Assembly (NCBI GenBank): GCA_019313505.1
Contig: JAFDBA010000001.1
Location: forward strand, 1 to 55,765
Direction: 5' to 3'
DNA from: Deltaproteobacteria bacterium
Lineage (GTDB): Bacteria; Desulfobacterota; Desulfobacteria; Desulfobacterales; UBA11574
DNA length: 55,765 nucleotides
Shown here: piece by piece, positions 16,240 through 26,208 of the stretch
How positions within the stretch are numbered: the first letter of the stretch is position 1
How the letters are laid out: each line of letters opens with the position of its first letter
Notes under the pieces: generated by a model
Told to the model about the DNA's origin: nothing
Database searches by the model: none
The model's input: the letters and a program-made list of their open reading frames with translations, nothing else
Made by a program: the position numbers and the translations under genes

Positions 16240-18411
16240 ATGCTTACGGAGCTTTCCGGCCAGATTGAAAAAATTACATACATGAACGACGAGAACGGTT
16301 TTACCATTGCCAGAGTTAAAGTTCACGGGCAAAGGGATCTTGTAACCGTTGTGGGACACCTCATATCGCCGGCTCCCGGTGAAATTCTCAATATGCGTGG
16401 GGAGTGGGTTAATCATCCCAAATTTGGCGAGCAGTTCAAGGTTGTGGAATCCAAAACCACGGTTCCTGCAACCGTTTATGGAATGCGCAAATATCTGGGT
16501 TCCGGACTCATCAAAGGGCTCGGACCTGTTATGGCCGGCCGAATCGTTAATAAATTTGGAGAACAGACACTGGAAGTCATCGAAAATGAAATCGAAAAGC
16601 TTTCCCGGGTCAACGGTATCGGCAAAAAACGTATCGCCATGATACAAAAGGCATGGGATGAGCAGAAAGATATTCGTGATGTCATGCTGTTTCTTCAATC
16701 TCACGGAATCAGTTCCGGCTATGCCACAAAAATATTTAAACAATATGGAAATCGATCCATTGCAGTGGTGACAGACAACCCCTATCGTCTTGCAACGGAT
16801 ATTTTCGGAATAGGATTTGTGATTGCCGACAGTATCGCCTCAAAGCTTGGATTCCCTGAAGATTCACACTTGAGGGTTGAAGCGGGTATTCTCTATGTCC
16901 TCAATCAGCTCTCAGATGAGGGTCACGTCTTTTACCCATATGAACCCCTTATAAAAAAGAGTCGGGAAATCCTTGGCGTTGGAAGAGATGTGGTTGTCGA
17001 GGCGCTCGGTAATATCGCCGCTAAACGGAAGATAATTGTTGAAGATATAAACAAAAAAATCGAAGAGTTTAAAGAAAACAACAAAGCCGTATACCTGGCC
17101 AAGTTTCATTTATGCGAAACCAGCATCTCCGACCGGTTGAAGATACTTCTGACAGCTCCAAAATCTATTCGCCATATCGCATCAGAAAGGGCTATTGATT
17201 GGGTCCAGAGACAGCTGAATATTACCCTTGCAGCAAATCAGGTCAGGGCCATACAATCCGCTCTTTTAAACAAGATCATGATCATTACCGGCGGACCGGG
17301 TACAGGTAAAACTACAATTATTAATGGGGTTTTGAAAATCTTTGCCAGGCTAAAAGTGAGAATTATGCTGGCTGCACCCACGGGCAGAGCAGCAAAACGG
17401 ATGAGTGAAACAACGGCTCATGGGGCCAAAACCATCCACCGACTCCTTGAGTTCAGTTTTATCAAGGGAGGATTTCAGAAAAATGAAGAGAAACCCCTCA
17501 ATTGTGACCTTCTCATATTAGATGAGGCTTCCATGATAGACACTATTTTAATGCACCACCTGTTAAAGGCCATTCCACCCTTTGCGACTGTTATTCTTGT
17601 GGGAGACGTGAATCAGCTGCCATCAGTGGGAGCGGGAAATGTTCTCAATGATATTATTACATCAGGTGCGGTGCCGGTGGTGGAACTCAACGAGATTTTC
17701 CGTCAAGCCAAAGCGAGCAGGATTATTGTTAATGCTCATAAAATCAATAACGGTATCCTGCCCTCATTTGAAAACGATTTACCCGACAACGATTTTTATT
17801 TTATCCCTCAGGAAGACCCTCAAAAGGTTCTTGAAATTATATTGGAGTTGACAAAGACACGTATCCCCAGACGCTTTGGTTTTGATCCGGTCGACGATAT
17901 TCAAGTTTTAACGCCCATGCACAAGGGGGTGGTGGGAGCCGAAAACCTCAATATGGAACTGCAGAAAACACTCAATCCGGTTCAAGATGGAATCATACGG
18001 GGAAATAGGAGCTTTCGAATCAACGATAAAGTAATGCAAATCAGGAATAATTATGACAAGAATGTTTTCAATGGTGACATCGGTAGAATTACCGGTATCC
18101 AACAGGAAGAATATCAAGTGATTGTCACGTTTGACGGCAGGGATGTTGCCTACGAATTTTCCGAGCTTGATGAAATCGTTCTGGCCTATGCGATCTCAGT
18201 TCACAAATCACAGGGTTCAGAATATCCGGCAGTAGTGATCCCCATTCTTGCCCAGCATTATATCCTTCTGCAGCGCAACCTGATTTACACAGCCATAACC
18301 AGAGGCCGGGATCTGGTTGTTATGGTTGGAACAAAGAAAGCCCTGGCGATCGGTGTCAGGAATGATAAAACCCAGAAGCGATATACGTATTTGAAATATA
18401 GGTTGAACTAA
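16240..18411 (+). CDS. recD2: RecD2-type SF1B ATP-dependent DNA helicase
   Basis: 723 aa. The N-terminal region is typical of RecD2 (ITYMNDENGFTIARV) and includes HhH-like repeats. Walker A is ITGGPGTGKTT and Walker B is LILDEASM. Helicase motifs are VGDVNQLPSVG and AISVHKSQGSE. Confidence 0.85.
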   Translation: MLTELSGQIEKITYMNDENGFTIARVKVHGQRDLVTVVGHLISPAPGEILNMRGEWVNHPKFGEQFKVVESKTTVPATVYGMRKYLGSGLIKGLGPVMAGRIVNKFGEQTLEVIENEIEKLSRVNGIGKKRIAMIQKAWDEQKDIRDVMLFLQSHGISSGYATKIFKQYGNRSIAVVTDNPYRLATDIFGIGFVIADSIASKLGFPEDSHLRVEAGILYVLNQLSDEGHVFYPYEPLIKKSREILGVGRDVVVEALGNIAAKRKIIVEDINKKIEEFKENNKAVYLAKFHLCETSISDRLKILLTAPKSIRHIASERAIDWVQRQLNITLAANQVRAIQSALLNKIMIITGGPGTGKTTIINGVLKIFARLKVRIMLAAPTGRAAKRMSETTAHGAKTIHRLLEFSFIKGGFQKNEEKPLNCDLLILDEASMIDTILMHHLLKAIPPFATVILVGDVNQLPSVGAGNVLNDIITSGAVPVVELNEIFRQAKASRIIVNAHKINNGILPSFENDLPDNDFYFIPQEDPQKVLEIILELTKTRIPRRFGFDPVDDIQVLTPMHKGVVGAENLNMELQKTLNPVQDGIIRGNRSFRINDKVMQIRNNYDKNVFNGDIGRITGIQQEEYQVIVTFDGRDVAYEFSELDEIVLAYAISVHKSQGSEYPAVVIPILAQHYILLQRNLIYTAITRGRDLVVMVGTKKALAIGVRNDKTQKRYTYLKYRLN

Positions 18412-18550
18412 GGGTTCTAGCAAAAATAACTTCGCAGAATTGGTTCAGGTTTGGCTGACCCCCATTCGGTTTTCTCCTTAAAGGAATCCGCAGATTGTTT
18501 GAAAGGATATAAATAATACACAGAAAAGGATAATACGCCTCAGTCTGTCT

Positions 18551-20236
18551 TTAATCCCGGGTCAACTGGCGATACTTGATCCTTCGAGGAATGTCGGCCT
18601 CGGCGCCCAGCCTTTTTTTGCGATCCCCCTCGTATTCCGAATAATTCCCTTCAAACCACGACCATTGGCTGTCCCCTTCAAAGGCCAGGATGTGCGTGGA
18701 AATACGGTCCAGAAACCAGCGGTCGTGGCTGATCACCATCGCGCATCCGGCGAAATTTTCCAGGGCCTCCTCCAGGGCCCGGAGGGTGTTCACGTCGAGA
18801 TCGTTGGTGGGTTCGTCCAGGAGGATGAGGTTGGCACCCTGTTTAAGCATGCGGGCCAGGTGCACGCGGTTGCGTTCGCCGCCCGAGATCTGTGTGACCT
18901 TCTTTTGCTGGTCGGACCCGGTGAAATTAAATCTGGCCACGTAGGCCCGGGATTTCACCGACATGTCGCCCAGTTCGATTATGTCGTCTCCGTCTGAAAT
19001 CACTTCCCAGATCGTCTTTTCCGGGTCGAGGCTTTCTCGGCTTTGATCCACGTAAGCCAACCAAACGGTTTCGCCGATACGGAATTGACCCGTGTCCGGT
19101 GTCTCCTGTTCCGTGATCATCCTGAACAGCGTGGTCTTGCCGGCGCCGTTGGGACCCACAACGCCGACGATGCCCCCCGGCGGCAAATAGAATGACATGT
19201 TTTCCACCAGAAGCCGGTCGCCGTAGCCTTTGGAGACATTTTCAGCTGCCACCACCTGTTTGCCCAGCCTCGGTCCAGGCGGTATGTATATTTCAAGATC
19301 CCTTCTCCGGGACGCGCTCTCTGTGGAAAGCAGTTGTTCATATGCGCTGATGCGGGCTTTGGATTTGGTCTGACGGGCCTTCGGGGTCATTCTGATCCAC
19401 TCCAGCTCCCGCTGAAGCGTCTTCCGGCGGTGACTTTCCGCCTTCTCCTCACGTCGGAGACGCTCCTGCTTCTGTTCGAGCCAGGAGGAGTAATTGCCTT
19501 TCCAGGGGATGCCGTGGCCCCGGTCGAGTTCCAGTATCCAGCCGGCCACATTGTCGAGAAAATACCGGTCGTGGGTCACCGCGATCACGGTCCCTTCGTA
19601 CTGCTGAAGGTGATGCTCCAGCCAGGCCACGGTTTCGGCATCCAGGTGGTTGGTAGGCTCGTCCAGGAGAAGAATGTCCGGTTTACGGAGCAGTAGCCGG
19701 CAGAGCGCCACCCGGCGTCTCTCGCCCCCGGACAGCACTTTTACCGGCGTATCCCCTTCGGCGCAGCGCAGTGCGTCCATGGCCATCTCTATGCGGGAGT
19801 CCAGGTCCCAGGCGTCGACGGCATCCAGTTTTTCCTGGACCTCTCCCTGTCGCTGGATCAGGCGATCCATCTCGGCGTCGGACATGGGCTCGGTGAACTG
19901 TTCGTTGATTCGGTTGAATTTATCTATCAGGTCAACGGTTTCCTGCACGGCCTCTGCCACGGTTTCCCGGACTGTTTTGGCGTCGTCGAGGAGTGGTTCC
20001 TGTTCCAGGTATCCCACGGTGTGACCGGGCGTTAGAATCAGCTCCCCGTTAAACTCCGTGTCCACACCGGCCATTATCCGCAAAAACGAGGTTTTCCCCG
20101 AGCCGTTCAGCCCCAGAACCCCGATTTTGGCGCCGTAAAAATACGAAAGCGATATGTCCCGGAGGACGGGTTTTTTATCATAATACTTGCTCACTTTAAT
20201 CATTGAGCATATGATTTTTTCCGGTTGGTGACCCAT
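18551..20236 (-). CDS. ettA: ABC-F translational throttle ATPase
   Basis: 561 aa with two ABC cassettes (GLNGSGKTS and GPNGAGKTT; LSGGERRRV and ISGGERNRV). It is collinear with E. coli EttA from the N terminus. GAGGGAGA SD. The gene is GC-rich. Confidence 0.85.
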   Translation of the reverse strand: MGHQPEKIICSMIKVSKYYDKKPVLRDISLSYFYGAKIGVLGLNGSGKTSFLRIMAGVDTEFNGELILTPGHTVGYLEQEPLLDDAKTVRETVAEAVQETVDLIDKFNRINEQFTEPMSDAEMDRLIQRQGEVQEKLDAVDAWDLDSRIEMAMDALRCAEGDTPVKVLSGGERRRVALCRLLLRKPDILLLDEPTNHLDAETVAWLEHHLQQYEGTVIAVTHDRYFLDNVAGWILELDRGHGIPWKGNYSSWLEQKQERLRREEKAESHRRKTLQRELEWIRMTPKARQTKSKARISAYEQLLSTESASRRRDLEIYIPPGPRLGKQVVAAENVSKGYGDRLLVENMSFYLPPGGIVGVVGPNGAGKTTLFRMITEQETPDTGQFRIGETVWLAYVDQSRESLDPEKTIWEVISDGDDIIELGDMSVKSRAYVARFNFTGSDQQKKVTQISGGERNRVHLARMLKQGANLILLDEPTNDLDVNTLRALEEALENFAGCAMVISHDRWFLDRISTHILAFEGDSQWSWFEGNYSEYEGDRKKRLGAEADIPRRIKYRQLTRD

Positions 20237-20665
20237 GATGTGTCTCCCTCAATCCTGTGTGTGGCAGAAGCAGTACCCCAAAACACCAGCTTCGCTTATT
20301 CTAATATTTCCAAATGCAGACCTCGTCATTTATTTCCGAGAAATGGCTATAACCTATTCAATAGAAGCAGATTTCTTTATCCCGCACATTTTGTGCCATA
20401 TACTTTGTAAGCAACAACCTGTCAATATCAGAGTATATTAAACTTTTAAAAATGTAGATGCGGGCACTGTTTTTGTTACGCTTCAAGCAGTTACGATCCC
20501 CTTATTGCTGACCATGTTTTTAAGGCCTTTTTGGATTGTGCTGAAACTTCGGGAATTTTGCATATGGCGTTGACACGCGGTGTTGTGATTTATTAATGTT
20601 ACAAGGATCTGATTATCTTTAAATTCGACCAGAAACGGCCGGCGAAAAACAGGAGGTAACATATA

Positions 20666-22546
20666 ATGGCCTACACAGAGAAGATTCTGGAAAAAAGCAT
20701 AGATCCCAGTGTTCACAAAATGCTGGAACGTGCGGAGCAGTTAAATCTGGAGACCGTATGGGACAGATATGAGGCAATGCTTCCGGAGTGCGGGTTCGGT
20801 GAACTTGGTGTTTGCTGCCGCAACTGCAACATGGGGCCCTGCCGGATCAGTCCTTTTGATGACCATGGCCCAAAGAAAGGTATTTGTGGCGCCACAGCAG
20901 ATATTATCGTGGCGCGAAACCTGGTACGCATGATTGCCGGCGGGGCCGCCGCCCATTCTGACCATGGCCGTGACCTTGCCCACACCCTCTTGCTGACTGC
21001 TGAAGGAAAAGGGGGGGGATACGAAATTAAGGATGAGGGAAAGCTGAAAGCGCTTGCCGGTGAATACGGTATTGAAACAGAAGGCCGTTCAAAGGAGCAA
21101 ATCGCTCTGGACCTGGCCCGGGCGGTTTACGGGGAATTCGGCAAGCAGGAAGGATTTGTGCAGTTTACCCGACGTGCGCCTGAAAAAAGGGTGGCGTTGT
21201 GGAAAAGCCTGGGAATAGACCCGAGAGGTATAGACCGTGAAATCGTGGAAATTATGCATCGCACCCACATCGGCGTGGACAACGATCCGGTCAATTTAAT
21301 CCTCCAGGGGCTCAAGGCCTCCATTGCCGATGGATGGGGCGGATCGACCATTGCAACGGATCTGTCGGACGTGCTCTTCGGCACGCCCATGCCGGTACGC
21401 TCCCAGTCCAACCTCGGTGTTTTAAAGCAGGACCATGTCAACATCATCGTTCACGGTCATGAACCGGTTCTTTCGGAAATGATCGTGGCCGCTTCAAATG
21501 ACCCGGAACTTGTAGCTCTGGCGGAAAAGGTCGGCGCCAGGGGTATAAATGTCGCGGGCATCTGCTGTACCGGCAACGAGATCATCATGAGACACGGCAT
21601 TCCCATAGTGGGAAATTTTTTGCAGCAGGAGCTCGCCGTCATCACGGGGGCGGTTGAGACAATGATTGTAGACGTTCAGTGTATCATGCCGTCACTCGGG
21701 CCCCTGAGCGAATGTTTCCATACAAAATTCATTTCCACATCTCCCAAGGCCAAGTTTCCGGGTGCCACTCACATGGAATTCAGTGAAGAAAAAGCATTTG
21801 ATATTGCCAAGCAAATTGTTCAGGCGGCGGTGGAAAACTATAGCTATCGCATCCCGGAAAAGGTCCTTATACCGGAAGACAAGACCGAATGCATGGTCGG
21901 TTTTAGCGCCGAAGCCATCGTCAAGGCTCTGGGTGGAACCCTGGATCCTCTGTTGAACGCGATCAAGTCCGGAGATATCAAGGGAATCGCCGGTGTGGTG
22001 GGATGCAACAATCCCAAAATCAAGCATGATCACGGCCACGTGGCTTTGGTCAGGGAGCTGATCAAAAACAATGTGTTGGTGACGACAACCGGCTGCAATG
22101 CCATCGCCTGTGCCAAGTCAGGCCTGATGCTTCCCGAAGCTGCCGACCAGGCGGGTGACGGGCTCAAGGGCGTATGCCGGAGCCTGGGTGTTCCACCGGT
22201 TCTGCATATGGGCTCCTGTGTCGATATCAGTCGCATCCTCACGTTATGCGCTGCGATAGCCAATGCACTCGGGGTTGATATCAGCGATCTTCCCGTGGCG
22301 GGTGCTGCTCCGGAGTGGATGAGTGAAAAGGCGGTAAGCATCGGTGCTTATGTGGTATCGTCGGGGATCTTCACGGTGCTCGGGACCGTACCTCCGGTCC
22401 TGGGAAGCAAGGTTGTCACCGAGGTGCTGACCCGCGGTGCAAATGAGATGCTCGGTGCCGCCTTTGCCGTTGAACCCGATCCTGTCAAAGGCGCCGGCCT
22501 GATGATCGCGCACATTGAAAAGAAACGCCAGGCATTGGGAATTTGA
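20666..22546 (+). CDS. cooS: Monofunctional Ni-Fe carbon monoxide dehydrogenase catalytic subunit
   Basis: 626 aa. N-terminal Cys motifs are GVCCRNCNMGPC and GICGA. Also present are IIVHGHEP, AGICCTGNE, GCNNP, MGSCVD and APEWMSEKA. CAGGAGG SD. Confidence 0.9.
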   Translation: MAYTEKILEKSIDPSVHKMLERAEQLNLETVWDRYEAMLPECGFGELGVCCRNCNMGPCRISPFDDHGPKKGICGATADIIVARNLVRMIAGGAAAHSDHGRDLAHTLLLTAEGKGGGYEIKDEGKLKALAGEYGIETEGRSKEQIALDLARAVYGEFGKQEGFVQFTRRAPEKRVALWKSLGIDPRGIDREIVEIMHRTHIGVDNDPVNLILQGLKASIADGWGGSTIATDLSDVLFGTPMPVRSQSNLGVLKQDHVNIIVHGHEPVLSEMIVAASNDPELVALAEKVGARGINVAGICCTGNEIIMRHGIPIVGNFLQQELAVITGAVETMIVDVQCIMPSLGPLSECFHTKFISTSPKAKFPGATHMEFSEEKAFDIAKQIVQAAVENYSYRIPEKVLIPEDKTECMVGFSAEAIVKALGGTLDPLLNAIKSGDIKGIAGVVGCNNPKIKHDHGHVALVRELIKNNVLVTTTGCNAIACAKSGLMLPEAADQAGDGLKGVCRSLGVPPVLHMGSCVDISRILTLCAAIANALGVDISDLPVAGAAPEWMSEKAVSIGAYVVSSGIFTVLGTVPPVLGSKVVTEVLTRGANEMLGAAFAVEPDPVKGAGLMIAHIEKKRQALGI

Positions 22547-22579
22547 TAAGAAAACCAATACAAGTAAAAGGAGCAGGCT

Positions 22580-23086
22580 ATGTCGCAGCCAAAAGAAATA
22601 TTTGTAAAAACCGATCGATGCGTTGGATGCCTCTCCTGCACGATTGCCTGTGCGGTGGAACATTCCAAAAGCAAACCCCTGTTTGGCGCCATATCTGAAA
22701 CACCTGTTCCCAAGAGCCGTGTTTATGTCCAATGGGTGGAACCTGAGGGCAAGGTGCCCCTGGTCTGCCGGCATTGTGAAGAAGCACCCTGCATGTACGC
22801 TTGCATCAGTGGTGCCATCAGCCGGGATGAAAACGGGGTTGTCATCACAGACAAGGACAAATGCATAGGCTGCTGGACCTGTGTGATGGTATGTCCATAC
22901 GGGGTTATCGGCCGTCATCTGGAAGAACACAAAGCCTATCGCTGCGATCGCTGCCCGGACAGAGAGATTCCTGCATGTGTGAGCGCATGCCCCACCGGGG
23001 CGCTTGTTTATGATACTGTGGACTCCTTTTCAGGCAAGGTTCGTAAACATGCATCCCGGGAGTTGCTGCTGGCAGAAGGGGGATAA
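22580..23086 (+). CDS. cooF: CooF-like 4Fe-4S ferredoxin
   Basis: 168 aa with four Cys clusters: CVGCLSCTIAC, CRHCEEAPCMYAC, CIGCWTCVMVCP and CDRCPDREIPACVSACP. It lies 33 nt after cooS. Confidence 0.75.
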   Translation: MSQPKEIFVKTDRCVGCLSCTIACAVEHSKSKPLFGAISETPVPKSRVYVQWVEPEGKVPLVCRHCEEAPCMYACISGAISRDENGVVITDKDKCIGCWTCVMVCPYGVIGRHLEEHKAYRCDRCPDREIPACVSACPTGALVYDTVDSFSGKVRKHASRELLLAEGG

Positions 23087-23087
23087 T

Positions 23088-24347
23088 GTGACGGAAGAAA
23101 AAAGCAAATACATTATCGTCGGGGGAAGTGCTGCGGGCATGGCTGCCGCCCATACCATCCGTCTGCATGATTGGAAGGGCCCTGTCACGGTGCTTTCAGA
23201 GGAACCGGACACGCCCTATTTCAGACCCCTGATTCCTTTTCTGGTGTCCGGGAAAAAGTGTGCGGAAGACATGGTCCTGGCTGGTTGTGGCCCCTATACC
23301 GGCCGGGATATTTTCGTAAGGACCGGTGCCAGGGTGGAATCGGTTAACACCGCCGAAAAAACCGTTTCCGTGCAGGGAAACGGCGGTATGGCCTATGAAA
23401 AGATACTCTTTGCCACAGGAAGCCGCCCTTATATTCCGCCGGAAATCAAAGGCACTGATGCAGCCGGCGTTTTTGCTTTAAGAACACTGGCCCATGCGAA
23501 AAACATGGCCAAAAGAGTCGAAATATCGGATCATGCGGTGATGTTAGGGGGGGGGCTTTTAAACCTGAAGGGCGCATTTGCCCTTCTTGAAAGAGGTTTG
23601 AAGGTTACTCTGGTTGTCTATTCACCCGAGGTGCTTTCTCAGCTCATGGAACCTGAAGATGCATTCCTAATCCGTAAAGCCCTGGACACAGCCGGGCTTA
23701 CAATCAAAACAGGATGCAGTGCAACCCATATCATCGCAGACAGTACCGGTGTTACCGGGGTTGCCCTTGACTCCGGCGATGAGATGTCATGCCAGATGGT
23801 CTGTATCGGTAAAGGGGTGCGTCCCAATGTTGAGTTTCTCGATGGCAGCAATGTTCGGATTGACGGGGGAATTGTTGCCGACCGGTATACGGCCTGCAAC
23901 GCCCCGGATACGTTTGCCGCCGGTGATGTTGCCGTGACCTTCGAGCCTGTCTCGGGAGACAGAATTATGACGGCCCTCTGGACAAACGCCGTTGAAATGG
24001 GGCGGTGCGCCGGGCGAAACATGGCGGGCGTAAAAACAGCCTATTCCGGCACTTTCGGCATCTTGAACGCAACCCAGGTGGCAGACGAACCGTTTGTTTC
24101 AATGGGCCTGGTTCATACAACAAACCACGATTTCGAGGTATACAGACATGCCACGGAAACGACTTACCGCAAGGTAGTCTTTAATCCGGGCGGCACCCGG
24201 CTCATCGGGGCCATCTTTATCGGGGATATAACCAACGCGGGGCTGTATCGCTATGTTATCCGGGAAAAGATGCCGGTAATGAATATCAAGCGGTATATCA
24301 TTGATCATACCCTGCATTACGGGCATTTTGTGACCGGCAAAAATTAA
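23088..24347 (+). CDS. FAD/NAD(P)-dependent pyridine nucleotide-disulfide-family oxidoreductase partner of CooS/CooF
   Basis: Dinucleotide folds are IIVGGSAAGMAAA and VMLGGGLLNLKGA. GTG at 23088 has the GAAGGGGGA SD and starts 2 nt after the cooF stop. The track start at 23004 overlaps cooF. Confidence 0.75.
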   Translation: MTEEKSKYIIVGGSAAGMAAAHTIRLHDWKGPVTVLSEEPDTPYFRPLIPFLVSGKKCAEDMVLAGCGPYTGRDIFVRTGARVESVNTAEKTVSVQGNGGMAYEKILFATGSRPYIPPEIKGTDAAGVFALRTLAHAKNMAKRVEISDHAVMLGGGLLNLKGAFALLERGLKVTLVVYSPEVLSQLMEPEDAFLIRKALDTAGLTIKTGCSATHIIADSTGVTGVALDSGDEMSCQMVCIGKGVRPNVEFLDGSNVRIDGGIVADRYTACNAPDTFAAGDVAVTFEPVSGDRIMTALWTNAVEMGRCAGRNMAGVKTAYSGTFGILNATQVADEPFVSMGLVHTTNHDFEVYRHATETTYRKVVFNPGGTRLIGAIFIGDITNAGLYRYVIREKMPVMNIKRYIIDHTLHYGHFVTGKN

Positions 24348-24495
24348 GTTTAAAACAGCTCACATGCCTGATTCAGGAAGTCTGTCGAGAGCTGCAACGT
24401 TGGTTTCATTTTGCATAGGCTCTACCTTTCGGCTGCAAACGATGTTGCACTTATGGGTTGAATTCACATATTTAAAAATAATTATAAAAAGACAA

Positions 24496-24527
24496 AACCC
24501 CTTATCTCTTTAATGAGTTAAGGGGTT
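24496..24527. terminator. Bidirectional terminator between the convergent oxidoreductase and alkD-like genes
   Basis: AACCCCTTA (24496-24504) / TAAGGGGTT (24519-24527), a 9-bp stem. It is A-rich on the left and has CCTTTT on the right. Confidence 0.55.
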
Positions 24528-24531
24528 CCTT

Positions 24532-25275
24532 TTAATCATATAATTCTCCACCGCGTATGGTATAATCTCTTTTTAAATATTTTTGTCTTTTTGACTCCGG
24601 AAATTTTTCAATGGCATACCGCAACATGGTGCGAGGCATCTTTTTATAATGTTTCTTCAAGAATATTTCTTCGGTGAGCATATGACGCTTGCCTATCTCG
24701 CGAAGCATCCATCCTACTGCTTTGTGAATTAAATCTTGTTCATCGGACAGCAGGGTTTTTGAAATTTTGAGTGTCTCTGCATACTTATCATGCTTAATAA
24801 AATGGAACGTCGACAATATTGCAATTCTCCGTTCCCACAAATTATCAGATTTTGAAAGACGGTAAATAGGTTCTTTGCTTTTGTCCATTAAGAAGGCACC
24901 GACAATATGTGGAGCCGACCCGTCAACAAGATCCCAGCTATTTATAAATTGTGTATTTTGCAAGTACAGCTCATAAATTCTCTTTTTGACAGCTTCATTC
25001 CCTTTTGAATATTTACTTACCAGTATCAAGAGTGCAAAAAACCTTTCCTCATGAATCGTAGAGCTGAGTAATTGCACTACTTCCTTTATGGTTATGTCCG
25101 GATATTCTTTGAGCAGTTTCCTTAATTCAGGAACCCTGACCCCTATAAAAACATCACCTTCACCATATTCACCGGGACCGGTTTTAAAAAACCTTCGTAA
25201 GACTTTAGCTTTGTCCTTGCTCCCAAGTTGTTGTAATTTTTTTCGAATATTTTGCACCTTCATGGTATTAAACAT
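24532..25275 (-). CDS. DNA alkylation repair protein (AlkD-like HEAT-repeat family)
   Basis: N-terminal RRFFKTGPGEYGEGDVFIGVRVPELRKL is a close match to this family. Also WDLVD and GWMLRE motifs. Confidence 0.75.
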   Translation of the reverse strand: MFNTMKVQNIRKKLQQLGSKDKAKVLRRFFKTGPGEYGEGDVFIGVRVPELRKLLKEYPDITIKEVVQLLSSTIHEERFFALLILVSKYSKGNEAVKKRIYELYLQNTQFINSWDLVDGSAPHIVGAFLMDKSKEPIYRLSKSDNLWERRIAILSTFHFIKHDKYAETLKISKTLLSDEQDLIHKAVGWMLREIGKRHMLTEEIFLKKHYKKMPRTMLRYAIEKFPESKRQKYLKRDYTIRGGELYD

Positions 25276-26200
25276 TTCTTCCGAGAGGAAACGGGGGGAT
25301 CTGTCTTTTCTGCCTGAAGTTAACCACCAGAATACCTGCTGCGATCAAAAACAGGGCGATAAGAATATTAACCGTAATCGGTTCCCCCAAAAGCAATCCT
25401 CCCAGCATAACTCCTGAAATTGGCATAAAGAAAATAAAAGAATGCAGTGCAACGGCACCGTATTTTTGCAGCAAGGTAAGCCATGCGACAAAACAAAAAG
25501 AAGCCGTTACAAGGCCCTGGTACAAGAGCGCACAGAAAACTTTTGCGTCAACATGGGCGATCATGGTGCTGTCCCATATAAATCCTTCGAGAAAAAAGAA
25601 TGGAACCGAAAATATCATTGGATAAAAGACCATATGAAACGGTTTGAAGGCGTGAATAATCCTTTTGGTATACACTGCACTGCAGGCCCAGAGAAAAGCT
25701 GCGAAAAGGATTATTAGATCCCCGACCTGAAAATCGGCTGTGACTCCTTTTTTTTCCATAAATACAAAAATCACTCCGGTAAACCCAAGCATGATACCCA
25801 GGGTTTTTCGTTTGGTAATCCGGTCTCCGGAAATGAAAAAATGTGCCAGAAAAAGTATAAAAAAAGGTTGTAAGTTAAGCATCAGTGTCGCTCGGGAAGC
25901 ATTACTTTTGCTGATTCCGAGATAAAACAGTGATAGTTGCACGATAAACACCGTAGAGATAATCAGTAGCTGACGAAGCTGTCCTTTCTTGATCTGAAAG
26001 GATCTGCCGGTAATTCGAGCCCATATAAAAACCGCAACCGAGGCTATACTGAAACGGAGCCCGGCGGTGGTAAATACACCCAGTCCGGAAAGACTGATTT
26101 TAATAGCAACGGCATTGGCACCGAATAATGCGCACAGAAATACGGTAAAGATGGAGGTTAAAAAGGGAAGTTCCTGATTTTGGGGCGTATGGTTGATCAT
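25268..26200 (-). CDS. EamA/DMT-family transporter
   Basis: 310 aa with about 10 predicted hydrophobic helices arranged as two EamA-like halves. Confidence 0.7.
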   Translation of the reverse strand: MINHTPQNQELPFLTSIFTVFLCALFGANAVAIKISLSGLGVFTTAGLRFSIASVAVFIWARITGRSFQIKKGQLRQLLIISTVFIVQLSLFYLGISKSNASRATLMLNLQPFFILFLAHFFISGDRITKRKTLGIMLGFTGVIFVFMEKKGVTADFQVGDLIILFAAFLWACSAVYTKRIIHAFKPFHMVFYPMIFSVPFFFLEGFIWDSTMIAHVDAKVFCALLYQGLVTASFCFVAWLTLLQKYGAVALHSFIFFMPISGVMLGGLLLGEPITVNILIALFLIAAGILVVNFRQKRQIPPFPLGRNV

Positions 26201-26208
26201 TATCTATA

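Noticed and set aside
20570-20597. Regulatory site upstream of cooS: TTGACA-N16-ATTAAT promoter-like element and a search for a CooA/CRP-type TGTCA-N6-TGACA palindrome.
   Set aside because: The promoter-like hexamers are plausible but weak. I found no convincing CRP/CooA palindrome or sigma54 -24/-12 element, so no regulatory claim is made.
22244-22930. Long antisense or overlapping ORFs in the GC-rich stretches: 22244..22930, 19334..19696, 19650..20024, 49140..49574, 55072..55596, 53646..54212 and others.
   Set aside because: All lie opposite or out of frame to strongly recognisable genes (ettA, cooS, cooF, acs genes). They have no SD and a composition typical of stop-poor antisense frames in GC-rich DNA.
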